Assembly: GCA_016933575.1 (NCBI GenBank)
Contig: JAFGAR010000040.1
Coordinates: forward strand, 64,001 to 128,000
DNA from: Candidatus Thorarchaeota archaeon
GTDB taxonomy: Archaea > Asgardarchaeota > Thorarchaeia > Thorarchaeales > Thorarchaeaceae
Direction: 5' to 3'
DNA length: 64,000 nucleotides
The notes under the pieces are model-generated. The model was not told the DNA's origin, did not search any database, and saw only the letters and a program-made list of their open reading frames with translations. The translations under genes were made by a program, and so were the position numbers. Positions 28,763 through 39,006 of the stretch are shown in pieces. Positions within the stretch are counted from its first letter, which is position 1, and each line of letters starts with the position of its first letter.

Positions 28763-30808
28763 CTATTTTTTCCTGATTATTATCACAATAACTATTAGTA
28801 TACTCGCAACTGAACCAATAGCAACAATCATTGTAAGAGCTGAACCAATCATTGGTTGAACAGTGACTATTACTGAACTCATTGCAGAATTTCCGGAACA
28901 GTCATAGAGCCATAGTGTATAATTGTATGTTCCCACTGATAGACCATCAACGTTTTGTGTAATGTCCGAACCATTCCAGGAGTTTGTAACAAAGGGTGTT
29001 GATTCTGTATCCTTGTAGATTTTGTAAAGATTCGGATTGTCGTCAGAAACTTCCCATACTATCACGTTACCGGTTGTACCTTCTACATATGTGATACCTT
29101 CAACGCTGCTTACAATTGGAGCCGGATTGACTGGCATATAGTAGTGTGAATTCTTTGTAATTCTGTACCATTCTCCCTCATCGTATGAATCGAAATTGAA
29201 TGGTCCACTTGTCACATCTGGACTTATTGATGATGTCCAACTTGAGTATGGAGTATTTTTGTAGATATGATAGGGAATGATATAGCAAAAGGCAAAATTC
29301 GAGAACGACCAATATGATTCTATATCAAACTCAAATACAACTGTATATGTCGATGTACTTTCTACAGATACCAAATTATCGAGTTCAACACCCGCTGGAT
29401 TACCATAGGCATAGCTCCCAAGTATGTATGTGAAAGTGAATTCAATGTCTTGTGCTGTAAGAGATATTCCATCATTCCATGTTGCATTTTGGATAATATC
29501 AATAGTATACCTCGTATGTCCTGCTGGAACTGCAATATTATCATCATGAGTTTCAACTAGCATACTCTGTGCAAGGTCTGAGCAAGGTAGTAAATCGGGA
29601 CTGTATTTGTAGAGCGATGAATAGAGGTTTGATAGTATGTTTGCAGAGTGGGGTGACGATGTTGTATAGATGTTAAAGTAACCGGGTACATCAGCGATAG
29701 CAACTGTAACAGTCCCTCCGTATGTTCCATCAAGTTTGTGGATATTCATCATAGTCCAAGGTCCTGTAATGGATCCTGCAATGTCCTCCACATACCCACT
29801 AAATCGGTCAGTCCTATAGGCCTGCAAACTCATTCCTTCATCGACCACAAGTATTGGCACATTATACTGAATGATTTCCTGCATTGCAGCAACTGCTTCG
29901 TAGACATCCTTGTAAGATATGCTGTTAAGAAGCTGGTTCCTCCAATTGTCATAGGTCGAGTTTTCAAAATTTGATGGATTTTGAAATGGGGTGGTTGAGT
30001 ACTCAGACCAATATTGATACGCAATCCAATCGACATCATTGCCATAGAAATTGGTCTTGTAAACGACCATGTCATAATCGCCATGAGTAGATAATCTTGA
30101 CATAGACTGGTAAAATTCTGTATCCGTGGCATATGCATCAATGTGCAAAGCTGTAAGTGCATCCACTGCAGCTTGAGCTATTGCATCATAATCTTCATAC
30201 ATTGATGTGTATTCTATATTAATGTCAAATGCGGAACCATTAGGTGCATTTCTAAATCCTGTTTCACCATTAATACTAAATCCTGCTGCATCCAGAATTG
30301 CATTACCAACATCCAACTCAGCAGTATAATAATGATATGAGAACTCATCCTCAATACACCAGCTACAAATACTTGGCACAATAGAGTCATGTTCTTGTGC
30401 GAAACCATCTAAATTATCTGTCACTAACTTTTTCTTATCAAAAGCATAAGCGAAAGCCTTCCTAAGTGCTGAGATATTTAACGGATAATCTCTGCAATTT
30501 ATTGTGATATGTTTGTATCCATTACACAATACTTTGTAAATGGCAATGTCTGGGTCCGAATTCAGGGTATCATAATGGATTGGATCAAAGTAACTCGTGT
30601 CCATATCTATTGTTCCAGCTTGCAGAGCAAGAATACGATTATCTTTGTATGAGATAACTTCGAAGTTAATATTGTCTACATATGGAAGCATATTCAAATC
30701 ACTAGGAATCGAATTGTATGCGGTAATCTCATTACTTGCATAGATTATCATAATCGATAAGAAAACGGCAATAGAAATTGCCTTGTAATTCCTCCAATGC
30801 ATCTCCAA
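28763..30808 (-). CDS. Family-5 (Opp/Dpp-type) extracellular solute-binding protein, circularly permuted, with an Ig-like domain and C-terminal TM anchor
   Basis: Signal peptide; LRKAFAYAFDK; DLAQS...NATWNDG...TAQDIEFT; SGPF; C-terminal hydrophobic helix then RKK. Confidence 0.85.
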   Translation of the reverse strand: MEMHWRNYKAISIAVFLSIMIIYASNEITAYNSIPSDLNMLPYVDNINFEVISYKDNRILALQAGTIDMDTSYFDPIHYDTLNSDPDIAIYKVLCNGYKHITINCRDYPLNISALRKAFAYAFDKKKLVTDNLDGFAQEHDSIVPSICSWCIEDEFSYHYYTAELDVGNAILDAAGFSINGETGFRNAPNGSAFDINIEYTSMYEDYDAIAQAAVDALTALHIDAYATDTEFYQSMSRLSTHGDYDMVVYKTNFYGNDVDWIAYQYWSEYSTTPFQNPSNFENSTYDNWRNQLLNSISYKDVYEAVAAMQEIIQYNVPILVVDEGMSLQAYRTDRFSGYVEDIAGSITGPWTMMNIHKLDGTYGGTVTVAIADVPGYFNIYTTSSPHSANILSNLYSSLYKYSPDLLPCSDLAQSMLVETHDDNIAVPAGHTRYTIDIIQNATWNDGISLTAQDIEFTFTYILGSYAYGNPAGVELDNLVSVESTSTYTVVFEFDIESYWSFSNFAFCYIIPYHIYKNTPYSSWTSSISPDVTSGPFNFDSYDEGEWYRITKNSHYYMPVNPAPIVSSVEGITYVEGTTGNVIVWEVSDDNPNLYKIYKDTESTPFVTNSWNGSDITQNVDGLSVGTYNYTLWLYDCSGNSAMSSVIVTVQPMIGSALTMIVAIGSVASILIVIVIIIRKK

Positions 30809-30947
30809 CCACCTCTTTCTTAAAAATTAACTTAGCCCGCTTTTTTAGTTTTCTCTTTCTGATTCTTGCATCTCTGTTGTTTAAATATTCCGAAATCTTA
30901 TTACCAAATATGAATTTAGAGAATTATATATATCGGAGGAACCAGCT

Positions 30948-31733
30948 ATGTCCGAACAAGAAGTACTCTACGACAAATCTACTGGTGTTGCGACAATTAC
31001 TATTAACAGACCAGCAAAATATAATGCTCTTAACACGTCTGTAGTGACTACTCTAAGGGAGCTATTCAAAGAAGCTGAGAATGATGATTCTATTCGTGTC
31101 GTTATTCTTACAGGCACTGGTGACAAGGCATTCGCAGCAGGTGCTGATATCACCGAGTTTCAAGGCCGGAACTCAAAATCCGTCCGTCCTCTTGCTGAAA
31201 ATGGACAAGAGCTCTGCAAATACATTGAGGCAATGAGTAAACCCGTCATCGCTGCAGTCAATGGTTTTGCTCTTGGTGGTGGATGTGAGATTGCGATGGC
31301 ATGCGACATCAGACATGCCTCATCAAATGCAAAGTTTGGTCAACCCGAGATTGACCTCGGCATCATACCTGGATTTGGGGGAACTGTAAGACTCCCTCGA
31401 CTTGTAGGTCTTGGTATGGCGAAGGAGCTTGTTTACAGCGGTAACCAAGTGAAAGCAGATGAGGCACTCAGGATTGGCCTCGTCAATAAGATCTATGACT
31501 CAGTAGAAGAACTTCACAAGGGTACGCTAGAACTAGCGAAGAAGCTAGCATTGAAACCGGGAGTAGCAATGAAACTAGCCAAGCAATCAATGAATAATAC
31601 ATGGGCAACTCCTGTTGCGGATAATCTCGAATTCGAGGTTGATGTCTTCTGTAAGACTTTCGATACGGAGGACAAAGATGAAGGCGTTGAAGCGTTCTTG
31701 ACAAAGCGAAAACCTGAGTTTAAACATAGATAG
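30948..31733 (+). CDS. Enoyl-CoA hydratase (crotonase)
   Basis: FAAGADI, VNGFALGGGCE, QPEIDLGIIPGFGGT. Confidence 0.93.
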   Translation: MSEQEVLYDKSTGVATITINRPAKYNALNTSVVTTLRELFKEAENDDSIRVVILTGTGDKAFAAGADITEFQGRNSKSVRPLAENGQELCKYIEAMSKPVIAAVNGFALGGGCEIAMACDIRHASSNAKFGQPEIDLGIIPGFGGTVRLPRLVGLGMAKELVYSGNQVKADEALRIGLVNKIYDSVEELHKGTLELAKKLALKPGVAMKLAKQSMNNTWATPVADNLEFEVDVFCKTFDTEDKDEGVEAFLTKRKPEFKHR

Positions 31734-31741
31734 AATTGAGT

Positions 31742-31760
31742 GCGGGTCAAAATGACCCGC
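31742..31760. terminator. Hairpin between convergent genes
   Basis: GCGGGTCA-aaa-TGACCCGC. Confidence 0.55.
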
Positions 31761-31765
31761 TATCA

Positions 31766-32695
31766 CTATTCTAGTCTGAAATGCCCATCATCTTCGATGA
31801 TTTTTTCATCTCTTATCAACAGAGCAATATGCTTCTCTAACATGAACACTTCGAAGGCAAGGTAGACTTCCATTGGTATTCTCGGATAAATTGTCGGAAC
31901 CTGCGCAAGTTTTTCAATAGTATCTATCCCTTTCCCAATATTCTCAAGAATCCTCTTCTCTCTCTCATCAAAAACAGATCTGAAAGTTTGTAATCTTGCT
32001 GCAAGATTGTCTGTAACAGGATTAATGAGATGACTACTGATTCCAATTTTGGGTTTCATTGCAATGACCTGATCAACCGATTCCTTGAAGACCTCAATAT
32101 CACTCACTTCATTTCCATACCAGGGTCCAAAACTTGTAAGATCAATATCAACCAAGAAGAGCACTTTGTAACCATTGATCCCAAAACAAGTATGGTCAAG
32201 GGTATGTCCAGGAAGATGGATAGGTATTAGCTGGATCTCTCCACTGTCTACAGGCTCTCTATTGCTGAAAGTTCCAGTGACATCATAATTGCCTGTGATA
32301 TCTGGGAATCTTATATCAAGTAGATTTCTCCATGAGTTGTAGTATTTGTTTCCTTCAATTCCATAGTACTCCACAAGTCCATCAAAGGATCGTACTCCTT
32401 TTTCAGCAAGAGGATGACAAAGAATCTCGCAATTAGATATCTCTTGAATTTTAGATGCATGATGCTTATGGTCAATATGAAAATGTGTCAGTATGATTCT
32501 ATCAATATCTGCTATTTCATGTCGTAGGTTCTTTAATGCGGTCTCAATATTCTTCATACTTGAACCTGCATCTACAAGAGTTAGAATCTCATCATCGATG
32601 ACTAGAGTATTTGCTTCTGGGAACCTCGCTCGATTCTCTCCTCTAATGAGATGCACCTTTGGCATGATTTCTATATGCACAGGATATTCTGACAT
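31766..32695 (-). CDS. Metallo-beta-lactamase-fold hydrolase
   Basis: THFHIDH, PGHTLDH, SSH. Confidence 0.9.
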   Translation of the reverse strand: MSEYPVHIEIMPKVHLIRGENRARFPEANTLVIDDEILTLVDAGSSMKNIETALKNLRHEIADIDRIILTHFHIDHKHHASKIQEISNCEILCHPLAEKGVRSFDGLVEYYGIEGNKYYNSWRNLLDIRFPDITGNYDVTGTFSNREPVDSGEIQLIPIHLPGHTLDHTCFGINGYKVLFLVDIDLTSFGPWYGNEVSDIEVFKESVDQVIAMKPKIGISSHLINPVTDNLAARLQTFRSVFDEREKRILENIGKGIDTIEKLAQVPTIYPRIPMEVYLAFEVFMLEKHIALLIRDEKIIEDDGHFRLE

Positions 32696-32796
32696 TAAGA
32701 GGTCAAGTCTCTTTTCACTAAATAACTCTCACTGTCGCACAATCTATATGCTGCCCTGTGTATTGTTTTGCTGTCTATTTGACAAAGGTGTATGTC

Positions 32797-34254
32797 ATGA
32801 GTCAACGAATGTTTGCCATATTCGACATAGGAACCACCGGAACACGATCGGTAATTGTTGATGAAGAAGGACGTGAACTTAGCAAAGCATACGAGGAATA
32901 TCCCTCGAAACCTAAAGAGTTACAGACGCATGAGCAGCTTGCTGATACCTTCTGGCGAACTTCAGCAAATACGATGCAACGTGCAATTGCTGCATGCAAG
33001 CATGGTGCTGAATCAATTGTTGGCGTTGTTGTCGCCACAACCAGAGACAGTCTTACTCCTATCGACAAACAAGGAAAACCCCTAGCACCTACTGTGACCT
33101 GGGTTGACAATCGATCTAGTGCTAAGAGCAAAGAACTCGCAGATATCATTGGTCCCCGAAAGAGTGTCAACAAGATAATGTGGTTTCAAGAGAATCGCCC
33201 AGATTTTTTCAAGAAGGTCCACAAGTGGGTTCATCTTGATGCATACATTAACAATAAGCTCTGTGGATCTCTAGCTAGTTCTCCAGCTGATGCACGATTT
33301 GGTCCAATTGACCATGGGACCCTGCAATGGTCCGAAGAGCTCTGTGAGGCAACTGGCATCCCGATTGAATCGTTGACCGATATTGTAAATTCTGGCAAAC
33401 TAATTGGAGAGATTGATATGGATGCTGCCAAAGCTACTACTCTCCGAAAAGGAACTCCAGTCATAATGGGAAGTGGTGACCAGCAGTGCTCAGCTCTTGG
33501 AATGGGCGTGATAGAACCCGGTATTGTCAAAGCAACAACTGGTACTGGAACATTTGTAATCACTCATCTCGACGAGTTCTTCGAAGAACCCTATGTCATG
33601 TTTTGCAATCCTGCAGCAATCCCTGGAAAGTGGATTCTCGAAGGCGTCATTCCCGGAACTGGTCTCACCTATAAGTGGTATCGAGATCAGTACTGTGAGC
33701 CCGAGATGGCATTAGCTGCAAAAACAGAAACGGATGCATACCAGATAATCGAATCCTCTGCTTCTTCTGTTCCTGCTGGCAGTGAGGGTCTCATCATGTT
33801 CCCATTCATGGCATATAGACTAGGCATTCTCTATCATTTGGGTTTCAATCATACAAAAGCACATGTAGCTCGAGCTATTCTTGAAGCAAATGGCTATGGA
33901 ATCAAGATGTACCTTGAGATGATGGAGGGCATGCTCGACATGCAATTCAATGAGCTTAGAATTGATGGCGGTGGTGCTAACTCACCTCTCTGGAGGCAGA
34001 TACAGGCTGATTGTGCAAATAAGACCGTTGTCTTGCCTAGAGTACGGGACTCGACAGTAATTGGTGCGGCTATACTTGGCGCAGTCGGGACAGGTATCTA
34101 TGGCGGCTATAGAGAAGCTGTGGAAAATATGTTTCACATAGAAGAACGACGCGAGCCAATACCTGAAAATGTAGAGGTATACAAGAAGCAATACCAGATT
34201 TTCAATAAGATTTTGAACGCTGAGTTGGGTAATATTCTTGAGGCAACATCTTAG
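32797..34254 (+). CDS. FGGY-family carbohydrate kinase
   Basis: DIGTTG, GDQQCS, TGTG, DGGGANS.LW.QI.AD. Confidence 0.9.
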   Translation: MSQRMFAIFDIGTTGTRSVIVDEEGRELSKAYEEYPSKPKELQTHEQLADTFWRTSANTMQRAIAACKHGAESIVGVVVATTRDSLTPIDKQGKPLAPTVTWVDNRSSAKSKELADIIGPRKSVNKIMWFQENRPDFFKKVHKWVHLDAYINNKLCGSLASSPADARFGPIDHGTLQWSEELCEATGIPIESLTDIVNSGKLIGEIDMDAAKATTLRKGTPVIMGSGDQQCSALGMGVIEPGIVKATTGTGTFVITHLDEFFEEPYVMFCNPAAIPGKWILEGVIPGTGLTYKWYRDQYCEPEMALAAKTETDAYQIIESSASSVPAGSEGLIMFPFMAYRLGILYHLGFNHTKAHVARAILEANGYGIKMYLEMMEGMLDMQFNELRIDGGGANSPLWRQIQADCANKTVVLPRVRDSTVIGAAILGAVGTGIYGGYREAVENMFHIEERREPIPENVEVYKKQYQIFNKILNAELGNILEATS

Positions 34255-34268
34255 GAAAAGGAAGGACT

Positions 34269-34291
34269 GCCTAGGCGGATATTGCCTGGGC
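34269..34291. terminator. Hairpin between convergent genes
   Basis: GCCTAGGC-N7-GCCTGGGC. Confidence 0.45.
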
Positions 34292-34318
34292 AATTCATCT
34301 GGGTAGTTATTTATCCAT

Positions 34319-34573
34319 CTATTCTTCTTCTTCTTTCTGGTTGTCTTCCCAAATTCTCCCAAAGAAGACGAGGGTTAGGACAAGCTCAGAACCTTTAGCA
34401 TTCTTAGCAATGAACTCAATTGATTCGCTAATGGTATCTTCGTATTCCCAAGCTCTACGAGCTAAGTTCACAAGATCATCGAAACGGTCATCAGGTATGT
34501 TGAGTGCTTGAGTAAGCTTTTCAACATCATGACCAATCACAGTAAGAGTGCCAAGGTCATAACTTTCAGGCAA
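34319..34573 (-). CDS. Small hypothetical protein
   Basis: 84-aa ORF; SD AAGGTG before TTG. Confidence 0.7.
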   Translation of the reverse strand: MPESYDLGTLTVIGHDVEKLTQALNIPDDRFDDLVNLARRAWEYEDTISESIEFIAKNAKGSELVLTLVFFGRIWEDNQKEEEE

Positions 34574-34728
34574 TAATATACACCTTCAATCTCAGCTTAT
34601 CATGACCATTTTTAATCTATCTACGTTATCTTGAATCCTGCAAACCATATCAGTCAAATCGAAACCCTTGTATTGTGCGCAGCGTCTGCATCAACTACAA
34701 AAAGAAAGAGTAGAAGGAATCGATTGAT

Positions 34729-36393
34729 ATGACCGAATCTGAATTTGATGTCGTCGTGATTGGTGCAGGAAGTACCGGGACTGCTGTAGCCAGAGACTGT
34801 GCTATAAGGGGACTCAAGACAATTCTGCTTGAACGTGATGATATAGCTTCAGCCACAGTTGGCACCTGTGCAGGAATGATATCTTCAGGTCTGAAATACA
34901 GCAGTGAGCCCGAAATAATGGCACTATGTTCTCGAGAAGTAGTCCATCTCAATCGCATTGCTCGTCATATCATTATGAAGAATCCAATATTAGCACCTCT
35001 CCTTGATCTTAGTGATGCGGCAAGTGATAGTTCATACGTGGATTCCTATTCAGAACATGCGGAAGAACGAGATGTTCCATCAATGCTCTTTCTGACTCCT
35101 GATGCATCATTGGAAATAGAACCTTCTCTCCATCAAGACATCATAGCGAGTGTCTATTATGAGGAGTTTTTCCTTGATCCGTTCCGTCTATGCCTTCTTC
35201 AAGCCTTAGATGCTAAACGTCATGGAGCAAAAGTGAGGACCTATTGTGAAGTCATTGATATAGAAACGGATCCTGAACATGGAGTTAAAGGGATCGTCTT
35301 CTATGATAGGGCTAGTGGAGTCAAAGATCGAGTTACGACTAGATTCATAGTCAATGCTACTGGTCCTTGGGCGCACAAGATTGCTAAACAGGCTGATGTA
35401 GGACTTGCTATTAGACTAAACAAAGGTGCACATGTTATCTTTGACCGACGAATAGTCAATGTTGGAATTACTGTTAAAGCAATAGATGGAAGATGGATTT
35501 ACTTGTTTCCTCATGAGAACACGACCCTTCTAGGTACCACTGCTCTTGATACTTGGGAAGATCCTGATACTTTGGTTGCATCCTTCGATGAGATTGAATA
35601 CCTCTTGCAAAGCATTGAGACTGTTCTTCCTTCTATTCGCAAGGCACGAATTATCCGAACTATGAGTGGTGTGAGACCCCTTGTTCCTGAATGGAAGATA
35701 CCCGAAGGCAAGGTCACCCGAGGGTATCAAATTATAGACCATGAAAGCACAGATGGCTTGAAGGGTCTGATCAGTTTCACAGGTGGCAAACTTGTCATGT
35801 GTCGTGATATGGCTGAAGCTGTCACTGATTTGATATGCAAAAAGATTGGATTAGAGGTAGCCTGCACCACCCATGAGAAACCACTACCCGGGAATGAAGA
35901 TGATGTTGATGTTCTCGCGCTCTCAAAGGAGTACGGAATCTCTCTTCATGCCCTTGAGCGCATGCGGGCTCGCCGTGGGACCGAAATGCTGAAAGTTCTT
36001 GAGTTAACCAAGGAACATCCTCAGTGGAAGACTACAATCTGCACATGCGAACCTGTTATTGAAGCTGAAATCAGATACGCAATAAGAGAGGAATTTCCAA
36101 AAACGTTGAATGATCTCAGGAGAAGGCTTCGGTTAGGAACCGGTCCTTGTCAAGGGACATTTTGTACATATAAAGCTGCAGCCATTCTCTCTGAAGAGCT
36201 TGATTTAGGCGGGGATGATTTCTTGGTTGATATACTCGACTTTCGTTCTGAGCGATGGAAAGGTATACGTCCATCTATGCGGGGAGAACAGTTAGCTCAA
36301 GAAGAGCTTGCTCAGGGTATGTATGCATGTGTAGCGAATCTTGACCAATCGGATGTGGACTATGACCTAAAACCGTGGGAGGAGGGACTCTAA
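34729..36393 (+). CDS. glpA: Anaerobic glycerol-3-phosphate dehydrogenase subunit A-like, with C-terminal BFD-like [2Fe-2S] domain
   Basis: GAGSTG, NATGPW, GVRPL, GGKL, CTCE...GPCQGTFC. Confidence 0.88.
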   Translation: MTESEFDVVVIGAGSTGTAVARDCAIRGLKTILLERDDIASATVGTCAGMISSGLKYSSEPEIMALCSREVVHLNRIARHIIMKNPILAPLLDLSDAASDSSYVDSYSEHAEERDVPSMLFLTPDASLEIEPSLHQDIIASVYYEEFFLDPFRLCLLQALDAKRHGAKVRTYCEVIDIETDPEHGVKGIVFYDRASGVKDRVTTRFIVNATGPWAHKIAKQADVGLAIRLNKGAHVIFDRRIVNVGITVKAIDGRWIYLFPHENTTLLGTTALDTWEDPDTLVASFDEIEYLLQSIETVLPSIRKARIIRTMSGVRPLVPEWKIPEGKVTRGYQIIDHESTDGLKGLISFTGGKLVMCRDMAEAVTDLICKKIGLEVACTTHEKPLPGNEDDVDVLALSKEYGISLHALERMRARRGTEMLKVLELTKEHPQWKTTICTCEPVIEAEIRYAIREEFPKTLNDLRRRLRLGTGPCQGTFCTYKAAAILSEELDLGGDDFLVDILDFRSERWKGIRPSMRGEQLAQEELAQGMYACVANLDQSDVDYDLKPWEEGL

Positions 36394-37763
36394 TGGACCT
36401 ACAGACAGATTTCCTTGTTATTGGAGGTGGAATGGCTGGCCTTGTCGCTGGTACTATTGCATTAGAGGCTGGAGTATCAACTATTCTTCTCAGAAAAGGA
36501 CAGAGTGCTACTGCATATTCTTCAGGTGCTATTGATGTAATTGGCTATCTTCCTGAAGCTAGACAACCATTCTCGTCTCCTGAAGAGGGATTGATAGCAA
36601 TCTCGGGGCTCTATCCCCTTCATCCATATAGTATCGTTGGTTATAGTGATGATATAGCTCCCAATGCTGTTATTGATACTATTGTCAATAAGACGAGGGT
36701 CTCAATTGAGTGGTTGAGAAATCACCTTGAGGAAGTCAACCTTCCACTCCATGGAACATTTGACTCAAATATGTACCCAATCACTATTCTGGGAACTACA
36801 AAACCAACATGTCTTGTGCAAAAGACAATGGATTTTGGAGACCTTCACGAAAGAGAGGATAGCGTACTTCTTTTTGTAGGGATCCGAGGATATCCTGATT
36901 TTAATCCCGCAGCTGCAGCCAAGACCTATTTAGAAGATAGAATGGCAATTGGTGAACCTCCCCACAAAGTAGTGCATTGCATGCTTGATATTGCTCCCTT
37001 TGGCAATTCGTTCAATATTTCATCAATAGAGATTGCAAAGCATTTGGATCATGAAGGCTCAATCAAAGCACTAGGTGACCAATTAAAGGAACAAGCAGAT
37101 CAGATTGGAACAACTCATATCGCTTTTCCACCCATACTAGGTGTGCATAATACACAGACAATCAAATCTCAACTGGAAACTCTGACAGGAGCAACAATCT
37201 TTGAACTCCTAGGGTTTCCACCATCCGTTCCAGGACTCAGGCTTCAAAGAGCTATGGATGAGATATTCACCAAGGCTGGTGGTAAATTGTTAGTTGGATT
37301 CGAAGCCAACTCCTTCTTGAAGTCCGGAACCAAATTAACCCAGATAACAGCTTCTTCTCCAAGACGCGAAGTGAATATTTCTGCAAAAGCTTTCATCCTT
37401 GCTTCTGGAATGTATATTGGTGGTGGCATATCTGGTGATGAAAAAGGAGTCAAAGAAACGTTATTCAACTTGATGACAGTGACTGGCGACTATCACTCTG
37501 CGTCTGAACTATTACCGTCACGTTCTACTCACCGTCTAGCGATTAGCCCTACTGGACAACCAATACAATCTTGTGGACTGAGTGTTGATCCGCAATTTCG
37601 CCCCGTAGGAGAAGAGGGAATCGAATGGGCTGAGAATCTCTTTGCTGCAGGATCAATACTGGCAGGTTACAACTATTCGGTCGAAAAAAGCGGACTTGGC
37701 GTAGCTACAACAAGTGGATTCCATGCGGCAAAGAATGCAATCGAATTCCTCATAGGAGGTTGA
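36393..37763 (+). CDS. glpB: Anaerobic glycerol-3-phosphate dehydrogenase subunit B-like
   Basis: IGGGMAG, SSGAID, PPSVPGLRL, NLFAAGSIL. Confidence 0.88.
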   Translation: MDLQTDFLVIGGGMAGLVAGTIALEAGVSTILLRKGQSATAYSSGAIDVIGYLPEARQPFSSPEEGLIAISGLYPLHPYSIVGYSDDIAPNAVIDTIVNKTRVSIEWLRNHLEEVNLPLHGTFDSNMYPITILGTTKPTCLVQKTMDFGDLHEREDSVLLFVGIRGYPDFNPAAAAKTYLEDRMAIGEPPHKVVHCMLDIAPFGNSFNISSIEIAKHLDHEGSIKALGDQLKEQADQIGTTHIAFPPILGVHNTQTIKSQLETLTGATIFELLGFPPSVPGLRLQRAMDEIFTKAGGKLLVGFEANSFLKSGTKLTQITASSPRREVNISAKAFILASGMYIGGGISGDEKGVKETLFNLMTVTGDYHSASELLPSRSTHRLAISPTGQPIQSCGLSVDPQFRPVGEEGIEWAENLFAAGSILAGYNYSVEKSGLGVATTSGFHAAKNAIEFLIGG

Positions 37764-37767
37764 TTAA

Positions 37768-39006
37768 TTGAACGAAGATGAAGCCTATGAATACGTCAAG
37801 AGTACTCTCAAAAAAGAGATGATTACTCCCTATCATCGTGATGAGCTCGATATAATCAACTCGATAGGTTCCTGTATTAATTGTGGTCTATGTATCAATC
37901 ATTGCCCTGTGGTGGCATCGGTTGGAATAAACAAATTCAGTGGTCCTCGAAGTATTGCAGTAGAACTCTCTCGGTCTCCGCCTGAATATTGGTCAACGGC
38001 TGACAAGGTATACCTCTGTACTGGATGCGGCACATGCCGAGAAGTATGTCCAAAGAATGTGAATATCCCTGAGATCGTGAATGCTATTCGCTCTAGAATT
38101 CTTGATCATCGTCCTGATTTAGTACCAAAAGGATTGATGCTTGTCAAAGAGACTATCACCAAGTACAGTCTTGCTTTTGAACCCTGGGAAGACAAGCTAG
38201 AGAAAGAAGAGAGTCGTGACATGCGACGGGAACGACTAGGACTCAGATTTGTTCCCGATCGAGTGAAAGAAAATGCTGAGGTTCTCTTCTATCCTGGCTG
38301 TCAAGCTGAAGAACGAGCTCAAGAAGTACGTGAAGCTGCAAAGGTGATTCTTGATTACTTTGATGTTGACTTCACCCTGCTTGATGAATTCTCTTGCTGC
38401 AGTCTTCCTTCACATCTTATGGGGGATGCAACAACTGCTCGAGACCTTGCTAAACGATTAAAAAAGAAGGTCAAGAAATTAGGAGTAAAGAAGGTAGTAA
38501 CTACTTGTGCTGGGTGCACATCTAATTTGGCTGACCTAGCAGATCGTGATAATTGGGGTGTTCCTACATACCACCTATTGGAGTTCTTGGCTGAAGTGAT
38601 TGGTTTTGATCGATTTGCCAAAGCAATGCAAGGAAGCAATTCTTCTGAGCAAGTTCATGTATCAGTCCATGATCCCTGCCACTTAATTCGCCACACATCT
38701 CGTCAAGTAATGGATCACGCATTGACAATTCTCTCGTTAATGCCTGGAGTCCGTGTAACTGCATCTGAAGCTCACGATTCCTGTTGTGGAGGCGGAGGCA
38801 TGGTCTCTTATCATTCAGGGGATGTCGCTGATGCTGTAGTAGCTGAGAACATCTCAGCACTCAAAAAAACCGGAGCTGATCGTCTTGTGACTCCCTGCCC
38901 ACTATGTACTGCTCAGATTGAGAACAATCTATTCAAGAGTGGGAGCACGATCGAGGTCGACGATCTAACAGTGTTTATTGCGCAAAGATTGCCAGATAAG
39001 GAGTGA
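37768..39006 (+). CDS. glpC: GlpC/HdrD-like Fe-S protein (two [4Fe-4S] motifs plus CCG domains)
   Basis: CINCGLCINHCP, CTGCGTCREVCP, HDPCH, CCGGGG. Confidence 0.8.
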   Translation: MNEDEAYEYVKSTLKKEMITPYHRDELDIINSIGSCINCGLCINHCPVVASVGINKFSGPRSIAVELSRSPPEYWSTADKVYLCTGCGTCREVCPKNVNIPEIVNAIRSRILDHRPDLVPKGLMLVKETITKYSLAFEPWEDKLEKEESRDMRRERLGLRFVPDRVKENAEVLFYPGCQAEERAQEVREAAKVILDYFDVDFTLLDEFSCCSLPSHLMGDATTARDLAKRLKKKVKKLGVKKVVTTCAGCTSNLADLADRDNWGVPTYHLLEFLAEVIGFDRFAKAMQGSNSSEQVHVSVHDPCHLIRHTSRQVMDHALTILSLMPGVRVTASEAHDSCCGGGGMVSYHSGDVADAVVAENISALKKTGADRLVTPCPLCTAQIENNLFKSGSTIEVDDLTVFIAQRLPDKE

